DNA of 64,000 nucleotides, taken from Paracoccaceae bacterium (GTDB taxonomy: Bacteria > Pseudomonadota > Alphaproteobacteria > Rhodobacterales > Rhodobacteraceae). The notes beneath the pieces are model-generated. The model ran no database searches, was not told the DNA's origin, and saw only the letters and a list, made by a program, of their open reading frames with translations. The translations under genes were made by a program, and so were the position numbers. This document shows positions 39,642 to 49,545 of this stretch, in pieces; position 1 is the stretch's first letter; every line of letters starts with the position of its first letter. The DNA lies in contig JBFHIW010000008.1 of the NCBI GenBank assembly GCA_041596235.1, forward strand, positions 12,277 through 76,276. Reading direction: 5' to 3'.

Positions 39642-41117
39642 TTAACCCGGCAGCCTCGAGAGGCCCAGGAAGATGACGCCGGACAACAGGGCGGCGGCGG
39701 GGACCGTGATCACCCAGGCTGCGATGATCGTCAGGAAATGCGAGCGGCGCACCAGTTTGCGACGGCGCCGTTCCTCGGGGGCGATGCGCTTGGCCGCGGC
39801 CGGGACATGGTTGCCGTTGCGCGCACGCCTGTCGTGATCCCATTCCCGGAAGAAGCCCACACCGAAGACCGCGCCCACGGCGATATGGGTGGAGCTGACC
39901 GGCAGGCCAAGCCAGCTTGCGACGATGACGGTGATGGCGGCGGAGAGTGACACGCAATAGGCGCGCATCGGGTTGAGCTTGGTGATCTGGCTGCCCACCA
40001 TGCGGATCAGTTTGGGGCCGAACAGGAACAGCCCGAAGGAGATGCCGAAGGCGCCGATCACCATGACCCAGCTTGGGATCGAGACTTTCGCCGCGGTTCC
40101 GCCATCCTCGATCGCGTGAACAATGGCGGCCAGCGGACCGACCGCGTTGGCCACGTCATTCGCGCCATGGGCAAAGGACAGAAGTGCCGCCGAAAAGACA
40201 AGTGGCAGGCCGAACAACACCTTGAGCGACTTGTTGCGGTTCTCCATCCCTTCGGACTGGCGCCTGATCAGGGGCACGCAGACCGCGTAGCAGATGACCC
40301 CCGCGACGAGGCCGATCAGAAGCGCCGTTCCGATGTCGATCTTGATGACCTTGCTGAGGCCCTTGAGAGAGAGGTAGGTGCCGAAAGCGCCAGCCATGAT
40401 GCCCAGCAGAACGGGCACCCAGACGCGGGCTGCGGCGATCTTGTCTTCACGGTAGATGATGCGGCTCTTGATCAGGGCCAGAAACGCTGCGGCGATCAGC
40501 CCGCCCAGAAGCGGCGAGATCACCCAGCTTGCGGCAATGGCGCCCATGCTGGGCCAGTTCACTGCACTCATCCCGGCCGCGACGATGCCGGCGCCCATCA
40601 CGCCACCGACCACGGAATGCGTGGTCGAGACCGGTGCGCCGACCCATGTCGCGAGGTTGACCCAGAGCGCCGAGGAAATCAGCGCCGCCATCATCGCCCA
40701 GACAAAGATGCGCGGATCGGCGATGCCGGCGGGATCGATGATCCCGCGCGAGATCGTCGAGACCACGTCGCCACCCGCCAGCAGCGCACCCGCGCTTTCG
40801 AAGATGGCGGCGATCACGATCGCGCCGCCCATGGTCAGCGCATTGGCCCCGACCGCCGGGCCCATGTTGTTGGCTACATCATTCGCGCCGATATTCAGTG
40901 CCATGTAGGCCCCGAAGACGGCTGCTGCGACGACCACGATGTTCAGGTCCTCGGTGCCCATCAGGATGGCGGCCATCAGGCCCGCCAGCACGATGAACGC
41001 GAGGGCGATCCCCATGCCCACCAGCGGCCGCGAGACATAGGCCGTCGCGGATTCAACCCGTGAGATGCGATTGAGATCCCTGTCCAGCGTGGCCCAGCTG
41101 TTGCCATGCTCCGACAT
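39642..41117 (-). CDS. inorganic phosphate transporter, PiT family
   Basis: Internal Met MSEHGNSW... About 490 aa, with duplicated GANDVAN signatures (IGANDVANNMGP and HGANDVANAVGP). Confidence 0.85.
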   Translation of the reverse strand: MSEHGNSWATLDRDLNRISRVESATAYVSRPLVGMGIALAFIVLAGLMAAILMGTEDLNIVVVAAAVFGAYMALNIGANDVANNMGPAVGANALTMGGAIVIAAIFESAGALLAGGDVVSTISRGIIDPAGIADPRIFVWAMMAALISSALWVNLATWVGAPVSTTHSVVGGVMGAGIVAAGMSAVNWPSMGAIAASWVISPLLGGLIAAAFLALIKSRIIYREDKIAAARVWVPVLLGIMAGAFGTYLSLKGLSKVIKIDIGTALLIGLVAGVICYAVCVPLIRRQSEGMENRNKSLKVLFGLPLVFSAALLSFAHGANDVANAVGPLAAIVHAIEDGGTAAKVSIPSWVMVIGAFGISFGLFLFGPKLIRMVGSQITKLNPMRAYCVSLSAAITVIVASWLGLPVSSTHIAVGAVFGVGFFREWDHDRRARNGNHVPAAAKRIAPEERRRRKLVRRSHFLTIIAAWVITVPAAALLSGVIFLGLSRLPG

Positions 41118-41238
41118 CGTGATGCGCCTTCTTTTCCGATGGCGCATCCGCAGGGACGAGCCGTTGACAATCAGCCACGGCCCTAGAGGGGTTTGCCCTT
41201 CAATTCAAGCAAGGTGTCATGAAATCGTAACAAAACCG

Positions 41239-41697
41239 TTACAATTCGATCAGGATATCCCGCAAGCCAGGTTCGTCCACAAGGGCGGCAGCCTTGCTTG
41301 GGGGAAACCAGCGGCGATTGCGCTCATCGGCTTCGGGATAGGCTTCGGCCATCTGCACATCGGTGACGGCAAAGACCTTCACTTCGACCGGGACGGGCAC
41401 GCCGCCTTCCATGCGCTTGGCATAGTCATAGCTGCCGATCGGTTGTTCCGCGATATGGCCGGTTTTCACCCCGGCCTCTTCCCAGGCTTCCTGCAGGGCC
41501 GCGCCGGGTGCCGACAACCCGTCGATCGGCCAGCCCTTGGGCAGGATCCACCGACCGGTGTCGCGTGACGTGATCAGAAGGACTTCGCGGTCGGGGCCTT
41601 CGCCACGCAAGCAAAGTGCCGCGACTTGCAACCGCTTGGGCCGTGTCAGAAGGGGTTGGACCATATTGGTCCATGCTGCTTTCAATGGATTGAACAT
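41239..41697 (-). CDS. NUDIX hydrolase
   Basis: Internal Met MFNPLKAAW... The Nudix box is ILPKGWPIDGLSAPGAALQEAWEEAGV. Confidence 0.8.
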   Translation of the reverse strand: MFNPLKAAWTNMVQPLLTRPKRLQVAALCLRGEGPDREVLLITSRDTGRWILPKGWPIDGLSAPGAALQEAWEEAGVKTGHIAEQPIGSYDYAKRMEGGVPVPVEVKVFAVTDVQMAEAYPEADERNRRWFPPSKAAALVDEPGLRDILIEL

Positions 41698-41844
41698 AGC
41701 TGTAAGTCCGCGCCTGCCTGGCAATATCTGCCTGTTTGTTTTTTTCGTTATCCTTCGATTATACGCTGTCTTGCGCAGAAACGCAAAGTGATGCGTGATT
41801 GTTGTGCAGTGATCGGCCATGTGCGGCGAAAAAAGTGGCAGGTG

Positions 41845-44307
41845 TCACGTGCCGCGCGGCTTGGCGCGCAGGGTCGGATCGGCCTCGCGCGGGTTGTCGG
41901 GCCAGGGATGGCGCGGGTAGCGCCCGCGCATGTCGCGGCGCACATCGGCGTAGGAGCTGTCCCAGAAGCCGGGAATGTCCATCGTGGTCTGCACCGGGCG
42001 GCCTGCGGGCGACAGAAGCGTCACGCGCAGTGGTTGGCCTGCGACCGTGGGATGGACGGTCTGACCGAACATTTCCTGCAGGCGCAGTTCGATGGCAGGG
42101 GCCGCGCCGTCATAATCGATGGGGATGTTGCGCCCCAGCGGCGTGGTGAAATGTGAGGGCACCGCGCGGTCCAGGGCTTGCTGGCTGTTCCAGTCCAGCA
42201 TGGCGCGCAGGGCGGGCAGCAGGTCGAAGGCTTTCCACTCTGCGGCGCTGCGCACCCCGGCCAGATGGGGCAGCAGCCAGTCCGCGAGGCTGTCCAGCAA
42301 GGCTTCGTCGGCCATGTCGGGCAGGTCAAGCCCGCCCTTGCGCGCCAGCGCCACGCGGGCGCGAAAGCGTTGCGCGGCGGCTGAAGGGGCGAGGCCCAGA
42401 TCGCACACACCGTCCAGCATGGCGCGCGCGACCATGTCGGCTGGCGCATCGGACCATCTGCGATCATCAAGGACCACCGCGCCGAACCGTTCCTGCCGTC
42501 GCGCGATCACGCGCCGGTCACGGCGGGACCATTCGCACATGTCGACCCAATGGATCTGATCGGCAAAAAGCCCGCGCAGCGCGCTTTCGGTGATCGCCAC
42601 TGCCTGCCTGATCCGGGCCTCGCGCGGGTTGCCGTCCAGATCGGTCGCCACGATCAGGCGCACCGCGGCCAGCGGATCGTGATCGTCCAGAATCGCCCCC
42701 TTGCCACCCGAAAGGATGAAGCGCGCGGCATCGCCCTTGCGCCGCTGTCCGATCCTGTCGGGATAAGCCAGGGCGGCCATTTCGGCGGGGCCGATCTTGC
42801 CGGTTGTGCCCTCGCCCGTGCCTGCGGCAAGGCGCTTTGCCTCGGCCTTGATCCGTTCGATCGCGGCGCGATTGGCGGGATGGGGACGGGTATCATGGTA
42901 GCGCCGCAGGTCGTTGATCGCCTCGAGCCGCAGGGTCAGATCGACCGGGGCGGCGCGTGGCAGCGGGTCACGTTCGGCCAGAAGGGCGGCCAATGGCGCG
43001 GCCTGTCGCCCGGCCAGGGCCAGCATATGGGCCAGGCGCGGATGCAGGGGGAGGGCCGCCAGCTTGCGACCGTGATCCGTGATCCGGTTGGTATCGTCCA
43101 GTGCGCCCAGCATCTGCAGCAGGGCTTGGGCCTCGGCGTAGACGCCTGCGTTCGGCGGTGTCAGAAAGGCCAACTGGTCCGGCGTTGCCCCCCAGAGCGC
43201 CAGTTCCAGCGCAAGCGGGGACAGGTCAGCCGCCTCGATCTCGGCGGGGGGGTAGGCGGTCAGCGCGCCTTCCTCGCCCTTGGTCCAGAGGCGGTAACAG
43301 ATGCCGGGAGCGACGCGGCCTGCACGACCCGCGCGTTGGGTGGCTTCGGCCCGGGTGACGCGCTCGGTCACCAGCCGGGACATCCCCGAGCCGGGATCGA
43401 AACGGGCGCGCCGCGCCCGTCCTGCATCGACGACGACGCGGATGTCTTCGATCGTCAGGGATGTTTCCGCGATCGATGTGGCCAGCACGATCTTGCGGGT
43501 GCCGGGTTGCGTGACAGGTGCGATGGCGGCGCGCTGTGCCGCGAAATCCATGGCGCCGAACAGGGGGCGGATTGCGCAGGATGCGGGCAGGCGTCTGGAC
43601 AAGATCGCCTCGACCCGCCGGATCTCGCTCTCGCCGGGCAGGAAGACCAGAACGCCGCCTTCGGTTGCGGCAACCGCCCGGGTGATCAGATCGGCGCAGG
43701 CATCCTCGAGCCGGGTGGCCTTTGGCAGCGGCGCGTCCAGCCATTGCAGATCGACCGGATAGCTGCGCCCCGCTGAGGTGATGACCGGCGTGCCCGCGCC
43801 CATCAATGCGGCGACGGGTTCGGCGTCGAGCGTGGCGGACATGGCCAGCAGGATCAGATCCTCGCGCAAAGCGCCCGCGATTTCGAGGCAGAGCGCAAGG
43901 CCCAGATCGGCATTCAGGGATCGTTCGTGGAATTCGTCGAAGATCACCGCGCCTACGCCGGTCAGGCCGGGATCGGACTGGATCATGCGTGTCAGAATGC
44001 CTTCGGTCACGACCTCGATCCGCGTGGTCTTGCCGATCCTGCTATCGCCCCGGATGCGGTAGCCGACGGTCTGCCCAATGGCTTCGCCCAGCGTTTCCGC
44101 CATCCTTTCGGCTGCGGCCCGTGCTGCCAGACGGCGGGGTTCCAGCATCAGGATGCGGCCTTGGGTCAGCCCCGCCTCCAGCATGGCCAGGGGCACGACC
44201 GTGGTCTTGCCTGCGCCTGGCGGAGCTTGCAGCACGGCGCGGCCATGGGCGCGCAGCCCCGCAATCAGCGGGGGCAGCGCGTCATGGATGGGAAGGGTGG
44301 TCTGCAT
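41845..44307 (-). CDS. hrpB: ATP-dependent RNA helicase HrpB
   Basis: Internal Met MQTTLPIHDALPPL... of ORF 41845..45000. PPGAGKTT, DEFHER and SATL motifs; about 820 aa. The upstream 230 codons overlap meaB antisense and are rejected. Confidence 0.9.
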   Translation of the reverse strand: MQTTLPIHDALPPLIAGLRAHGRAVLQAPPGAGKTTVVPLAMLEAGLTQGRILMLEPRRLAARAAAERMAETLGEAIGQTVGYRIRGDSRIGKTTRIEVVTEGILTRMIQSDPGLTGVGAVIFDEFHERSLNADLGLALCLEIAGALREDLILLAMSATLDAEPVAALMGAGTPVITSAGRSYPVDLQWLDAPLPKATRLEDACADLITRAVAATEGGVLVFLPGESEIRRVEAILSRRLPASCAIRPLFGAMDFAAQRAAIAPVTQPGTRKIVLATSIAETSLTIEDIRVVVDAGRARRARFDPGSGMSRLVTERVTRAEATQRAGRAGRVAPGICYRLWTKGEEGALTAYPPAEIEAADLSPLALELALWGATPDQLAFLTPPNAGVYAEAQALLQMLGALDDTNRITDHGRKLAALPLHPRLAHMLALAGRQAAPLAALLAERDPLPRAAPVDLTLRLEAINDLRRYHDTRPHPANRAAIERIKAEAKRLAAGTGEGTTGKIGPAEMAALAYPDRIGQRRKGDAARFILSGGKGAILDDHDPLAAVRLIVATDLDGNPREARIRQAVAITESALRGLFADQIHWVDMCEWSRRDRRVIARRQERFGAVVLDDRRWSDAPADMVARAMLDGVCDLGLAPSAAAQRFRARVALARKGGLDLPDMADEALLDSLADWLLPHLAGVRSAAEWKAFDLLPALRAMLDWNSQQALDRAVPSHFTTPLGRNIPIDYDGAAPAIELRLQEMFGQTVHPTVAGQPLRVTLLSPAGRPVQTTMDIPGFWDSSYADVRRDMRGRYPRHPWPDNPREADPTLRAKPRGT

Positions 44308-44407
44308 GACCGCCTTATCGGGGATTTCGCCCGCCCCGTCCATCGCCTGACTGGACAGGCCCGGCCCGCCAAGGCATGAAGTCCGGGCAGAGTGAAGGAC
44401 CGACCCG

Positions 44408-45391
44408 ATGGATATGACCGAGCTTGCCCGGCGCATCATGGCGCAGGACCGCCGCGCCCTGGCCCGTGCGATCACGCTGGTCGAAAGCAGCCGTGCCGAC
44501 CACCGCGCCCAGACGACCGAGTTGATCGAGGTGCTGCGGGCGGCGTCGGACAAGCAGGCGTTGCGGGTCGGTCTGTCGGGCACACCGGGGGTGGGCAAAT
44601 CGACCTTCATCGAAAGCTTTGGTCTGATGCTGTTGCGCGAAGGGCTGCGGGTGGCGGTTCTGGCGGTTGATCCAAGCTCGGCCCGGTCGGGCGGGTCGAT
44701 CCTTGGCGACAAGACGCGGATGGAGCATCTGAGTCGCGAGCCGAATGCCTTCATCCGCCCCTCGCCTGCGCAATCGCATCTGGGCGGTGTGGCGCGGCGC
44801 ACGCGCGAAGCGGTGGCACTGTGCGAAGCGGCGGGGTTCGACGTGGTGCTGATCGAGACTGTCGGCGTGGGGCAGTCCGAAACCGTCGTGGCCGAGATGT
44901 CGGACCTGTTCCTGCTGCTGCTGGCGCCTGCGGGGGGCGACGAGTTGCAAGGCGTCAAGCGCGGCATCATGGAGATGGCCGATCTGATCCTTGTGAACAA
45001 GGCCGATGGCGATCTGAAGGCAGCGGCGCAACGGACCTGTGCCGATTATGCCGGCGCGCTGCGCCTGTTGCGCAAACGACCGCAGGACCCCGAGGGATAT
45101 CCTAAGGCGATGACCGTATCGGCGTTGCAGGTCGAAGGGCTGGAAACCGCCTGGTCCGAGATGCGGGCGTTGATCCAATGGCGGCGCGAGGCCGGGCATT
45201 TCGCCGCGCGCCGTGCAGCACAGGCGGAGTACTGGTTCGGACAGGAGGTGCGGCAAGGGCTGCTTGCCCGGCTGGAACAGCCGCAGGTGCGGTCAATGCT
45301 GCAGGCCGTGGGCCGCGATGTGGCGCAGGGGCGCGTCACTCCTACGGCGGCGGCGCAGGAAATGCTGGAAAAATTGCGCATATCCGGATGA
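44408..45391 (+). CDS. meaB: methylmalonyl-CoA mutase-associated G3E GTPase MeaB/ArgK
   Basis: 327 aa. GLSGTPGVGKSTFIE, SGGSILGDKTRM, ETVGVGQSE and LVNKAD. Confidence 0.9.
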   Translation: MDMTELARRIMAQDRRALARAITLVESSRADHRAQTTELIEVLRAASDKQALRVGLSGTPGVGKSTFIESFGLMLLREGLRVAVLAVDPSSARSGGSILGDKTRMEHLSREPNAFIRPSPAQSHLGGVARRTREAVALCEAAGFDVVLIETVGVGQSETVVAEMSDLFLLLLAPAGGDELQGVKRGIMEMADLILVNKADGDLKAAAQRTCADYAGALRLLRKRPQDPEGYPKAMTVSALQVEGLETAWSEMRALIQWRREAGHFAARRAAQAEYWFGQEVRQGLLARLEQPQVRSMLQAVGRDVAQGRVTPTAAAQEMLEKLRISG

Positions 45392-45424
45392 TGTGCGCAA
45401 TCCTGTTGCGTCGATTGGTTCGGA

Positions 45425-46255
45425 TCAGGCCGGGCGCAGGCCGAGCATCTCGCGCGCCTGTGCCGGTGTCGCCACGGGGCGTTCGTATTTGCCGCAGAGG
45501 TCGGTGACGCGTCTGACCAGCGCGGCGTTCGATGGGGCCAGCGTGTCGCGATCCAGACGGATGTTATCCTCGAGCCCGGCGCGGGTATGGCCACCGGCGG
45601 CAACGCACCATTCGTTCAGGATGATCTGACCCGGCCCGATCCCGGCCGCACACCATTCCGCATCGGGCATCAGGCGTTCGACCGTCTTGATGTAGAAATC
45701 AAAGGTCTCGCGGTCCACGGGCATGGCGTTCTTCACGCCCATCACGAACTGCACATAGAGCGATCCGGGAATGCGCCCGTCCCGGTTCATTTTCGCCGCC
45801 TGATGGATATGACTCAGATCGAAGCATTCGATCTCGGGTTTCACATCATATGTGACCATCTCGCCGGCCAGCCAATCCACCAGATCCGGCGGGTTTTCGT
45901 ATACGCGCGAGGGGAAGTTGTTCGATCCCACCGAGAGCGAAGCCATGTCGGGCCGCAGCGGCAGCATACCGCCCCGTGTCTTGCCCGCGCCCGAACGACC
46001 GCCGGTCGAGAACTGGATGATCATGCCGGGGCAGTGTTTCTCGAGCCCTTCCTTGAGGCGTGCGAATTTCTCGGGGTCGGATGAGGGCGTGCCATCGTCG
46101 TTGCGCACATGGGCGTGCACGATGCTGGCGCCGGCCTCGAAGGCTTCATGCGTGCTTTCGACCTGTTCGGCGACGGTGATCGGCACGGCCGGGTTGTCGG
46201 CCTTGGTCGGAACCGATCCGGTGATGGCGACACAGATGATGCAGGGTTTTGTCAT
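45425..46255 (-). CDS. 3-keto-5-aminohexanoate cleavage enzyme family (BKACE/DUF849) protein
   Basis: 276 aa. CIICVAITGSVPTKADNPAVPITVAEQVEST...GASIVHAHVRNDDG is the typical BKACE N-terminus. Confidence 0.8.
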   Translation of the reverse strand: MTKPCIICVAITGSVPTKADNPAVPITVAEQVESTHEAFEAGASIVHAHVRNDDGTPSSDPEKFARLKEGLEKHCPGMIIQFSTGGRSGAGKTRGGMLPLRPDMASLSVGSNNFPSRVYENPPDLVDWLAGEMVTYDVKPEIECFDLSHIHQAAKMNRDGRIPGSLYVQFVMGVKNAMPVDRETFDFYIKTVERLMPDAEWCAAGIGPGQIILNEWCVAAGGHTRAGLEDNIRLDRDTLAPSNAALVRRVTDLCGKYERPVATPAQAREMLGLRPA

Positions 46256-46364
46256 GAACAGGTCTTTCCGGTTGCGCAGGATTTGGTTGACACTGGCACA
46301 TACAAGCAGCGCCCGGCAAGAGCGGGTGGCATTTGGGTATTTGAGGGGCGATGAAAGGGTCGGA

Positions 46365-46976
46365 TCAGCCGCGCCGGCGGCGCAGCAGCACCCAGGCGCG
46401 CAGGTCGGTCAAGGCCTTGAGGGTCGCCGCCACCACAAGCACCGCGAGAATGATCTTTGACACCTGACCCATCGTGCCCTCGATCAGCAGGGCGTGCAGA
46501 ACGGTGCCGGATGCAATGACGATGGCCAGTGCCGAATGGCCAAGCCGCCATGCGCGCGGGCCAAGGGCGCGGCGAGAGCGCAGCAGGGCCAGAAGGGCGG
46601 TGGCAAAGATCGCCCACATTGCGAGCACACCCCAGACCGAGAAAGCTGTGGGCGAGGCGAAGAGCAGCGCGTCGATCACGTCAGGCGGGCTGGTGATCCA
46701 GAGGCCCGCGACATGGACGATGACCGCAAGGACAAGCGCCGCACCGGTCCAGCGGTGAACGGCGCGGCCACGCCGCGCCGGGAGGCCGGGAAGGTAGCCC
46801 CCCGCCAGCAGGGGCTGCAGCAGGATCAGGGCCATACCCACCACGCCCGCGAAACCCGCGATGATATACACAGGCTGTCGCCAAGCCAGAAGCGGGCTGG
46901 TTGCGGCGATGGCAAGCGGCGCGGCGATGGTCAGGCTCAGTGCCGCCCAGATCAGGAGGGAACGCTTTGTGGGCAC
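46365..46976 (-). CDS. ferric reductase-like / YedZ(MsrQ)-like transmembrane heme-b protein
   Basis: 203 aa, about 6 TM, with two His pairs in TM helices (HRWTGAALVLAVIVH and HSALAIVIASGTVLH). Confidence 0.6.
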   Translation of the reverse strand: MPTKRSLLIWAALSLTIAAPLAIAATSPLLAWRQPVYIIAGFAGVVGMALILLQPLLAGGYLPGLPARRGRAVHRWTGAALVLAVIVHVAGLWITSPPDVIDALLFASPTAFSVWGVLAMWAIFATALLALLRSRRALGPRAWRLGHSALAIVIASGTVLHALLIEGTMGQVSKIILAVLVVAATLKALTDLRAWVLLRRRRG

Positions 46977-46980
46977 AGGG

Positions 46981-47493
46981 TCAGACAGGTTCCAGCACGA
47001 AATCGGCGTGCAATGTCGTGTCGTTCGGGCTGCGCATCACGGGGCGCAGGAAGACGGTCTTGAACGGGCTGTTGTCGATGTCGCGATCATAGGCCAGATG
47101 CCCGTGCGGTTGACCAAAGGCCGGCACGATCTGCGGCATCTCAAGGCGAAAGGTGCCGTCGGCGGCGGTCAGGGTGGCGCCATGGCTTTGCGGATCGCGT
47201 TCATGCCCCTCGGTCGTGTGGGCCCAGATCTGGATGCGGATGCCCGCCAGTGGCATGCCGTCACCCGCGCGGCGCGCGGTGCCGGTCATCCAGAACCCAC
47301 CGCCACCGATACGTTCGACGATGGGGGCGCCGGGCCGGTAGTTGTTGGCACCGCCACGCATCGTGGGTGTCGGGGCAAGGGATTGTGCGCGGGCCGGGAC
47401 CAGCAGGCCGGTGGTTCCGGTTGTCAGGATGGCGCCTGCGGTGGCGCTGCCGGCCAGAAGAAAGCGGCGGCGGGTTGGCGGTGTCTGGGTCAT
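46981..47493 (-). CDS. Tat-exported intradiol-dioxygenase-like (PCDO beta-like) small protein
   Basis: Internal Met with a twin-arginine signal, MTQTPPTRRRFLLAGSATAGA. The core GDGMPLAGIRIQIWAHTTEGH resembles the dioxygenase-like beta-sandwich. It ends 4 nt before the next gene start. Confidence 0.45.
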   Translation of the reverse strand: MTQTPPTRRRFLLAGSATAGAILTTGTTGLLVPARAQSLAPTPTMRGGANNYRPGAPIVERIGGGGFWMTGTARRAGDGMPLAGIRIQIWAHTTEGHERDPQSHGATLTAADGTFRLEMPQIVPAFGQPHGHLAYDRDIDNSPFKTVFLRPVMRSPNDTTLHADFVLEPV

Positions 47494-47640
47494 CGCGGTC
47501 TCTCTCCTGCTTTGGTCCGACAAGACTGATGCCACTGCGGATGCAGATGGTCCTCTTGTGATTATGGCGTGAAAGCGCGGTCTTTGAACCGGCCCTACGG
47601 ATTTGTGATCGGGCCTGACATGGGCGCCACGAAAACATGG

Positions 47641-47680
47641 GGAAAACGAAAAAGCCCCGCAGTTTGATCCTGCGGGGCTT
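47641..47680 (-). terminator. rho-independent terminator of the ACAD (mcd-like) gene
   Basis: On the minus strand, AGCCCCGCAGGATCAAACTGCGGGGCT is followed by TTTTCGTTTTCC. Confidence 0.75.
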
Positions 47681-47702
47681 GGGACGTGGATGTGAAAGGC
47701 GA

Positions 47703-49388
47703 TCAGTCCAGCAGGCGCCGAGCGATGACCTGCGCCTGAATTTCGGCCGCGCCTTCGAAGATGTTCAGGATGCGGGCATCGCAGAGGATGCGGCTGATCT
47801 TGTATTCCAGCGCGAAACCGTTGCCGCCATGGATCTGCAGACCGTTGTCGGCGGCGGCCCAAGCGACGCGCGCGCCGAGCAGCTTGGCCATCCCAGCCTC
47901 GAGGTCGCAGCGGCGATCGTTATCCTTCTCGAAGGCCGAGAAATAGGTCAGCTGGCGCGCAACCATGATTTCCACCGCCATCATCGCCAGCTTGCCAGAG
48001 ACGCGGGGGAAGTTGATCAGCGACTTGCCGAACTGCTTGCGGTCGATCGCGTATTGCATCGACACGTCCAGAGCGGCCTGAGCGACGCCCACGGCGCGGG
48101 CCGCGGTCTGGATGCGGGCGGATTCGAAGGTCTGCATCAACTGCTTGAAGCCCTTGCCCTCTTCGCCACCCAGAAGGTTCTCGCCCTTCACATGGAAGTT
48201 GTCGAAGCCAAGCTCGTATTCCTTCATGCCGCGGTAGCCCAGAACCTCGATCTCGCCGCCGGTCATGCCGGGGGTGGGAAAGGGCGCCTCGTCCGTGCCG
48301 GGGGTCTTTTCGGCCAGGAACATCGACAGGCCGCGATGATCGGTGCTGGCGGGATCGGTCCGGGCCAGCAGGGTCATCACATGGGTGCGCGCGGCATGGG
48401 TGATCCAGGTCTTGTTGCCGGTGATGCGATAGTCATCGCCATCCTTGACCGCACGGGTGCGCAGGCTGCCCAGATCCGAGCCGGTGTTGGGTTCGGTGAA
48501 GACGGCCGTGGGCAGGATTTCGGCGCTGGCGAGGCCCGGAAGCCATTTCTGCTTCTGCTCTTCGGTGCCACCGCAGAGGATCAGCTCTGCCGCGATTTCA
48601 GAACGGGTAGCGAGACTGCCGACGCCGATATATCCGCGCGACAGTTCCTCGGACACGACAGCCATCGAGGCCTTGGACAGACCGAAGCCGCCGTATTCTT
48701 CCGGGATCGTCAAGCCGAACACGCCCATTTCGGCCAGTTCGGTGATGATCTCCATCGGGATCAGTTCGTCCTTGAGGTGCCAGTCATGGGCGAAGGGCTC
48801 GACCTTTTCGATGGCGAAGCGGCGGAACTGCTCGCGGATCATCTCAAGCTCGTCTTCAAGGCCTGATGTGCCCACGGTGATGTTGGCGGCATGTTCCTGC
48901 ATCAACGCGACAAGGCGCGTGCGGGCCGTCTGGGTGTTGCCGCCCTGGATCAGGGCCATCACCGCCGGATCGGACAGGCCGCGCGCATCATCGGCAGACA
49001 GGCCCAGATCCTGCAGGCGCACCACTTCGCCCTGGTTCATCTGGATGCCGCCTGCGATCTGGGACAGATACTCGCCGAAAGCGATCTGCTGGATCAGTTG
49101 CTCGACCTCGCCGAACTTGCCCTCTGCGGTCAGGTGTTCGGCCCATTTCTGCATCTGGCGGAGGGATTCCACATATGTCGCCAGCCATGCCAGCCCATGG
49201 GCTGCTGTCTGCTCGGCTTCGATCAGCGCGCCAGAGACCTTGCCCGCTTCGCTGACGCGCGCGCGCACGCGATCCTTGGCCTTGTCGAACAGCTTTTCGA
49301 CTGGGGCCAGCGCCGCACCGGTGCGCGACAGCAGGTCTGGCAGAATCACCACATGGGTCATTGCAATATCTTGTCCGTCATGGGCCAT
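47703..49388 (-). CDS. mcd: acyl-CoA dehydrogenase with a ~170 aa N-terminal extension, probable (2S)-methylsuccinyl-CoA dehydrogenase
   Basis: 561 aa. ACAD core (FTEPNTGSDL, IHGGNGFALEYKISRIL) preceded by a long helical extension, as in ethylmalonyl-CoA pathway Mcd. The alternative start MTHVV is 9 codons downstream. Confidence 0.5.
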   Translation of the reverse strand: MAHDGQDIAMTHVVILPDLLSRTGAALAPVEKLFDKAKDRVRARVSEAGKVSGALIEAEQTAAHGLAWLATYVESLRQMQKWAEHLTAEGKFGEVEQLIQQIAFGEYLSQIAGGIQMNQGEVVRLQDLGLSADDARGLSDPAVMALIQGGNTQTARTRLVALMQEHAANITVGTSGLEDELEMIREQFRRFAIEKVEPFAHDWHLKDELIPMEIITELAEMGVFGLTIPEEYGGFGLSKASMAVVSEELSRGYIGVGSLATRSEIAAELILCGGTEEQKQKWLPGLASAEILPTAVFTEPNTGSDLGSLRTRAVKDGDDYRITGNKTWITHAARTHVMTLLARTDPASTDHRGLSMFLAEKTPGTDEAPFPTPGMTGGEIEVLGYRGMKEYELGFDNFHVKGENLLGGEEGKGFKQLMQTFESARIQTAARAVGVAQAALDVSMQYAIDRKQFGKSLINFPRVSGKLAMMAVEIMVARQLTYFSAFEKDNDRRCDLEAGMAKLLGARVAWAAADNGLQIHGGNGFALEYKISRILCDARILNIFEGAAEIQAQVIARRLLD

Positions 49389-49545
49389 GAATCACATCCT
49401 TTTTTCGTTTGGACCCGTCCTATCCATTTCGCAGTTGCAGCGCAACAAAAATACCCAGAAAGCCCATTGGGATAACTGAAAGTTGCGCATTGAATTATTG
49501 CACTGCGGCACTAGCAGCCGTCGCTGCGCATGGTATGAGAAGCGG

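Noticed and set aside
44308-45000. N-terminal 230-codon extension of the hrpB ORF (ORF 41845..45000).
   Set aside because: - The extension overlaps meaB on the opposite strand and is Ser/Arg/Pro-rich.
- HrpB homology begins at MQTTLPIHDALPPL, which gives the expected ~820 aa.
- The same logic was applied to the znuA ORF extension (26579-27058) and to other over-long ORFs (6384, 11445..12767, 35952, 46981..47862, 52853..54685, 54892..56538).
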